Shown: positions 42,801 to 48,800 of the stretch, one piece after another | Layout of the letters: each line of letters starts with the position of its first letter | How positions within the stretch are numbered: position 1 is the stretch's first letter | Translations under genes and position numbers: made by a program | The notes under the pieces: model-generated | The model's database searches: none | The model's input: only the letters and a program-made list of their open reading frames with translations | Told to the model about the DNA's origin: nothing | Assembly (NCBI GenBank): GCA_040753675.1 | Contig: JBFMEB010000009.1 | Location: forward strand, 3,407 to 67,406 | Reading direction: 5' to 3' | Length of the DNA stretch: 64,000 nucleotides | Source: Candidatus Omnitrophota bacterium | GTDB taxonomy: Bacteria; Omnitrophota; Gorgyraeia; JAHJTE01

Positions 42801-45800
42801 TATTACAAACAGAAGAAGGCCAAAGCTACATCAGTGCACAGTTGAGAGGCCGCGGTCGCCAACTGGCGGGCCTTTCCAACCTCCGTGCCCGTGCAGCGGA
42901 TTACAGCAATTTATTAAAAGGCATCTCGGCATTGCTATTAAGTTCTATCTTAGCTGGGGCAGTGTATGTTCTTGCAAAGCCGATTATGCAGGAATATGCG
43001 AATATGGGCGAAGCAGCTGGCTGGGTGCCGATACGTATGCTATTTACCTTTGCCTTAGTTGCAACAACAGTTTTATTTATCTATCAGTTAGCTAAAGAAA
43101 AGTCAATAAAGACAGTATTTAGACCTAAACTTAAACACAGTGAATTTGGATGGATTGTTTTAGTCGGCGTTTTTGGTTCATTCCTGGCGGCAACTTGTAT
43201 TTACAGCGCGGTTAATCTTAGCACGCCGTTTCTGGCAGCGCTTTTTTATTCACCATTTGTTCCAATAATAGTTGCTTTACTCAAGCATAAACTAAATATT
43301 CCGAAGACAGTATTCTTTGGCGTGCTGTTTGGCGCATCCGGGATTGCGCTTTCAATTATTGCAGGTAAGGGTAGTGCTGAAATAGTTACGTTTAGCGTTT
43401 TAACTCTATTAGGGATTGCTGTAGCATTTATAGGCACTTTCTTTTTCGCAACAAGCTTACTTCTTATTCAACGTAAATTCTCATCTAATCAAGGTATTGC
43501 CTCTACACAGATTTTGTTTTTTAGCTCAATAACTTCTTTGGTTTTGTTTGGTATAGTTTTATTAGTTTCTAAACTTTCCCCTATTTTTGAATGGAAGATT
43601 CTTGGTTTAGGTTTAATGCGCGCTACATTTTTATTATGTAGTATTTATGGAATCCGCCTTTTGCCAGCTTCTTTGGCTGGCGTGTTAGCAGGAACAATTC
43701 CGATATCAGTATTGTTATTTGAGCAGGCAAGTTTAAGCGCCAGCGCTTGGTTTTTAGAGGCGCTTGCCTTGTCAATGGTTCTGTTCAGCGTCTGGCTTCT
43801 TTCGCCGAGAAATGAGAATACGCAATTATTTGAGAGAATTCAGAAGTTAATTAACAAAGGTAGGCAAAATGAAACTTCAGCCTACGAGCTAATGGATGAG
43901 ATTGAAGCTCTGGGTGAGGCTTCTGACGTTGTCCGGGCATTAAAAACCATAAAACCAGCTGATGAATATGAAGAGACAATAATTTTAAATTCAATATTAA
44001 AATTAGGGAGCTTAGAAGATTTAGAAGAGTTGGGAGAGGAAAAAATAAAGGCTTTGATTGAAGAAGGTAAATTTGGCTTTACAGTAACAAACGAAAATAG
44101 CAAAGAAAAGATTTGGATTCATCTCAGAGCTCTGGAGCATATTTTGGCAAGCCATAGTGAAAACTATTTAAAATTAATGAAGTTGTGGAAAAACTTTGTC
44201 TTTTCTAACCAGGTTACTTTAGATCAGATTATTATTTTAATTAGAGAAACTTGTCAAGAAGGTTATCCTATCTATTACAGAGGAGCGAACCACTGGTTTA
44301 CATATGTTTGGTATGTAGCAGACTATTTAGCTAAAAAAACTGGAATACGCCGTATGGAAGCGAGAGTTAGAAAGCGCAAGAAAAATACATCATTTTCAAG
44401 CTTGGCAACTGCCTTACCAACTGCTGGTAAAAACTTCTTGATATTAATTAGAGGAGAGAAATGTTCTAACTTTGAAAATGATCTATTTCCAGCGAGAGTA
44501 AAGAACATATTTGATTTGCGACGGATTAATTTATCCTGGTCGAATATGAGACTGATACTTAAGCGCATAGGTAAGAAACGAACTGGCGGTAGATGGTTTT
44601 GGTCAGGAGCTGCGCCAGAATTAATTGAAAAGGCAATATATTTAACAGCCAGATTTGGTAGGTATGCTGGCAATTTTACAACACCTAAAGGCAGAGATTG
44701 CGCCGTTTGTAGAAACTACCGCTTACCTCTTAAATTGCGATTTAAACTAAGAATTTTTGCTTTAGAGATACTGGTTGCAGAAAATGGATATGTGCACGAT
44801 GCCTTTCCAGTTGGTATCAGACATCTTATCAGAGATACGATTAAATCAATCCCAGAGAAGCTGGGTGGTAGCACTTTAAAAAATAGATTGTTAAAGGTAA
44901 TTTTATTTTCAGCTATTTTGAGTGTGGGGTTATATTACAGTGGAATTTTTTCATTATATTGGTCGTTAAAAGATACAAATCAGTTTTTCTTTAATATAAT
45001 TACAGCGACTATATTTACTGCGCTCTCAGATTTGCTATCAGTGTATCTTTCTAAAAAAAGACAGCATTATCCAATTCTAAGACTACCTTTTGAGCTGGCT
45101 ATAGGTGCTGCCGCGGGTCTTATCTTTACAATCTTTCAGCATTATATTATTGAAGCCTATTTTCCTAAAGACCAATCTTCTTACTTCATTTATTTTGTAC
45201 GGACCTCACTACTATTTTCAATTTCAGTATTCAATATGCTTATATATGCATTTTACAAAAAATTTGAAAAACGGTTATTTAAGATTTTTGACAATGCAAA
45301 TTTAGGAAAAATTATATTTGATGTTCTTGTTTTTAAAGCACTTATTGGTTTATTCAAATATCCTTTCGCTGCAATAGTACTCGATCAGAAAGACGTATTG
45401 GTTTTCTTTTATGGCTTGGATATGCTTAAGGTTGGGGTTATGGTTTGGGCGATAAATAAAGGTGTACCATTTTGGAATTTGTATGACAAGTGGGGCATTA
45501 ACAAAATAATAGCTTCATTAAAGAGACTATTTACTGGGAGAAAAGATGCAAAAGAGAAAGAATTGTCGATTGATATAACTAAAGTTAAATTAGAAGGACA
45601 GGAAGACGTTATTAACAATTTAGCTGAAGCTTTAAGAAGACTATATGAAACAATGCCATTTAGAGCTGCTTATCTTGTTGGTTCAAGGGCAAAAGGCAGA
45701 CAATCAAATTCTTCTGATGTTGACCTAAGGATAGTAATTAATGATAGGTCTGACGAAGCCAGTTTATTAGAAGCAATAAATAAAATATGGTTGGAAATTG

Positions 45801-48800
45801 GTGGCGGCAGGACAAAGTTAGATGCACATATATTCAAACAAAGCGATATTTCATGGTTTATCTGGGAAAAGATTTGCAATTTACTTTCTCTTAATATCGC
45901 AACTTGGCTTTGTATGAAGATTATGGATTATAAGGTTAAGGTCGCACAAGAGAAACCCGTGAATTCTTCCGAAACCGCCAACAACTTTATTCAAAGGCTC
46001 TGGCAACGGATTAGGAGTCATTGTGTTATTGTAAGCTTTGGCTTGGCGATATTGTTATCAGCGCTTTACCATCTTATTCGAGGAGGGACGTTGGGAGAGC
46101 TAGCTCAAGGCTCAATCCTCGCCTTTGCCGCGACAATAGGCATCGCCACAGGGAATTTAGCACAAAGCACTTATTATGATGAGCGAAAAGTAATGAATAT
46201 TCTTGGCGGAAGGATGTGGGTAGAAAGCAGAGAGATGAGTAAGGAGCAGCAATTACAATTAGCGCGAGAAGTTCAAGAGAAAGGCAACCTGGCAGCGTAT
46301 TGGGCGCTTGTTTATTCTTTACAATGGTATGCAGAGGACTTTGCAGCCAAACATAATTCAAAGGATTTGCCTTACGATGATTGTCTCGATGTCTGCATCA
46401 GCGCTATCTATTATGTTGCCAGGATATATAACTCCACCGCAGGTGCTCGCATAGAAACATTGGCTTTCTTAAAATTTAACTCTAACTTAAGGACAGCATG
46501 GAAGGATAGACAAAAGGATATCTCTATCGGAGACTTGTTAGAGGAAATTTATAAGGATAAGGTGGGTGAAAAGAAACATCCCGATGAATCAAGTATTCTG
46601 TTGACTCGTCAGCAAGCAGAAAATTATTTAATTAGACTATTAGAACCTCTTGGATTAGATCCTTTTGGGAGAAACCAAGAGGTATTTATTTTAACAGCTA
46701 TGCATAAGGCTGGAATAATTAAGATGCCTCGCTACCAGATAGCTGCTCGCTATGGTTTAAAACCCTGCAGTATTTCAGATATATGGGAAAAAGTCAGAAC
46801 AAAATTCTTATTTTATTATAAAAGGCATGCCTTGCCGCATATTTGGGAATGTCAGATTAGTAGGAACGGAATTTCCAATAATAGCTCACTGGTGTCAAAT
46901 CAGGCTCAACATCATCATCAGCCGAATATCTGGGAATCTGAACTCGGGCCGACTGATGGGAATAGGTTTGGCAGATGGGCATTTTGGCCGGGGTCAAATT
47001 CAGATGGTAGATTGGAGATGGCAGATGGCAGTTCTCGGTTGTCGGATATGGCTGTGGATGGATTGATTGAAAAAATTGAGAAGGAATCCAAGCCGCCAAA
47101 GAGAGAAGAAGATACGAATAGCCGCAGGCGGCGATTAATAAGATTTTATGAGGCCCTGTTAGCGCTTTTAGCAAAACAAGGTATTTTTGAGGGTCAGACG
47201 CTTATCTATCCTGCTGCTGGCCTTGATATTGTTCCAGGCGCTTATGTTGATACTATAGTAATTAATCGCGATGAGTTATACAGTGCTGCTTCTGGTTTAT
47301 TTATTCGCGATTTTGAAAGATATACTAAGCGATTGAGATATGTTGCTGGAGTGTTTGCAGGAGAATATGGAGGTGAAATGGTTAATGCATTACGGGTAGA
47401 TTTATATAATAGATATATTGGCCCAATAAGAACTTCACATAAAACAGTTCTCCTGAAAGGATTTTTTGATTATGCTGCACAGATTCCCGAAGATTTCTTT
47501 GTTTATCTTGCTGAGCTTGATAGTTTTTTAAATCCAGGTGACAGAATTATATTAATGAATCTTAACGAAGCAAAGCACGTATTAAGCCATTTATTGCCTG
47601 ATAGATATAGAATAGTAGATAGTTGGTTATCCAGAGAACAAAAATCAAAATTGCAAGCTGCATTGGCAAGGATGGTTTCTAGAAGAGCAAACTATAAAAA
47701 CCAGTTCCCGAGTTATTCGAATAAAAAAGATTCATGTTGGCATTTTCTAATGCCAAATACGGTTGTTATTTTAGAGAAAGTAGGCGAGCCGGGTTTAAGA
47801 GGGCATTCTTTAGTCCAGCGACATGGGTTAGAGGGTTTAGATTTTCCTAATCCAATGGCTTCTGAATTTTCTTCTCATCGCGTTGCGAATTGGCCTGGGC
47901 CTGAAGGATGCAACGGCAATGATTACGGCACGCAGGTGCCAGGATCGTGGAGACGTTCAAATAAGCCAACAAGGAGAATTCCTGTATTTAATTGGAATAA
48001 TTGTACTATCTCTTTAGGGGCGGTGGGAATGGAGAAATTTACGTTCTTTGCTCAACCGTTCAACGAGCCAATAACGTATGAGGGACAGGTATCCAAGTCC
48101 CTTGCGAGAAGCAATTTCTTTGAGAGAGGTAATCTGGTTGGTATCCAATCGCAGAGAGATAAGTTTCTTTTTTGGCCTGACGAATTCTACCTTAACTGGT
48201 TTGAGTTCGTCCAAAAATTCAGTGATGCTATGGGTATCCCAGAATCGGCGTTCTTCTTCCAGGGATTTTCCCGACAAAGTCGGGATCCCGCTGACTTTTT
48301 TACCTCTACTGGTGCGGGAAAATTTAGGGATATGTTTAATCTTTTTCATTTTTATTTACCTCCTCGCATATCTTCGACGCCAAGTATATCTGTATATACA
48401 AAAGATGTCAAGAAAAATCTAGGAGAAGACAGGAATCGCGGCTGGGATGGCCCAGATCCAATGGCCTGCGAATTCGGACCTCATCGCGTGGCGAATTGGC
48501 CGGGATATAATTCAGTAAAGGATAAGAGTATTAAGATTTTTAGAAGCGAAGGAAGAATAATAGTCCAGGGCGAACCAGGGGCGTTTAGTGTTTTTGAAGA
48601 AATTTTAGAGTTAGACCAAGTCTGGGTTACTGGGCTTATAAAGAAGTCAATTGAAGTTAGAAATCGAGAAGATTTAGAAGATATGTACGGATATGATAGG
48701 TTGCCACAAGCTTGGATTTTAGATAAAGAAATTAATATTTGGTTTTCAGAAAATCTTTCTGAGCCGTTTATTTGTCTTAATAATAGGGCTATTGCTGTCA

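Larger units (their letters stand above)
47850..48505 (+). repeat. Imperfect 50-bp direct repeats (47850-47899 and 48456-48505) encoding PMAxEFxxHRVANWPG
   Basis: atccaatggcttctgaattttcttctcatcgcgttgcgaattggcctggg versus atccaatggcctgcgaattcggacctcatcgcgtggcgaattggccggga; 39/50 identical by hand. Confidence 0.9.

Noticed and set aside
48078-48422. + strand 114-aa ORF over the antitoxin
   Set aside because: Antisense shadow of the antitoxin gene; no motif or evident RBS.
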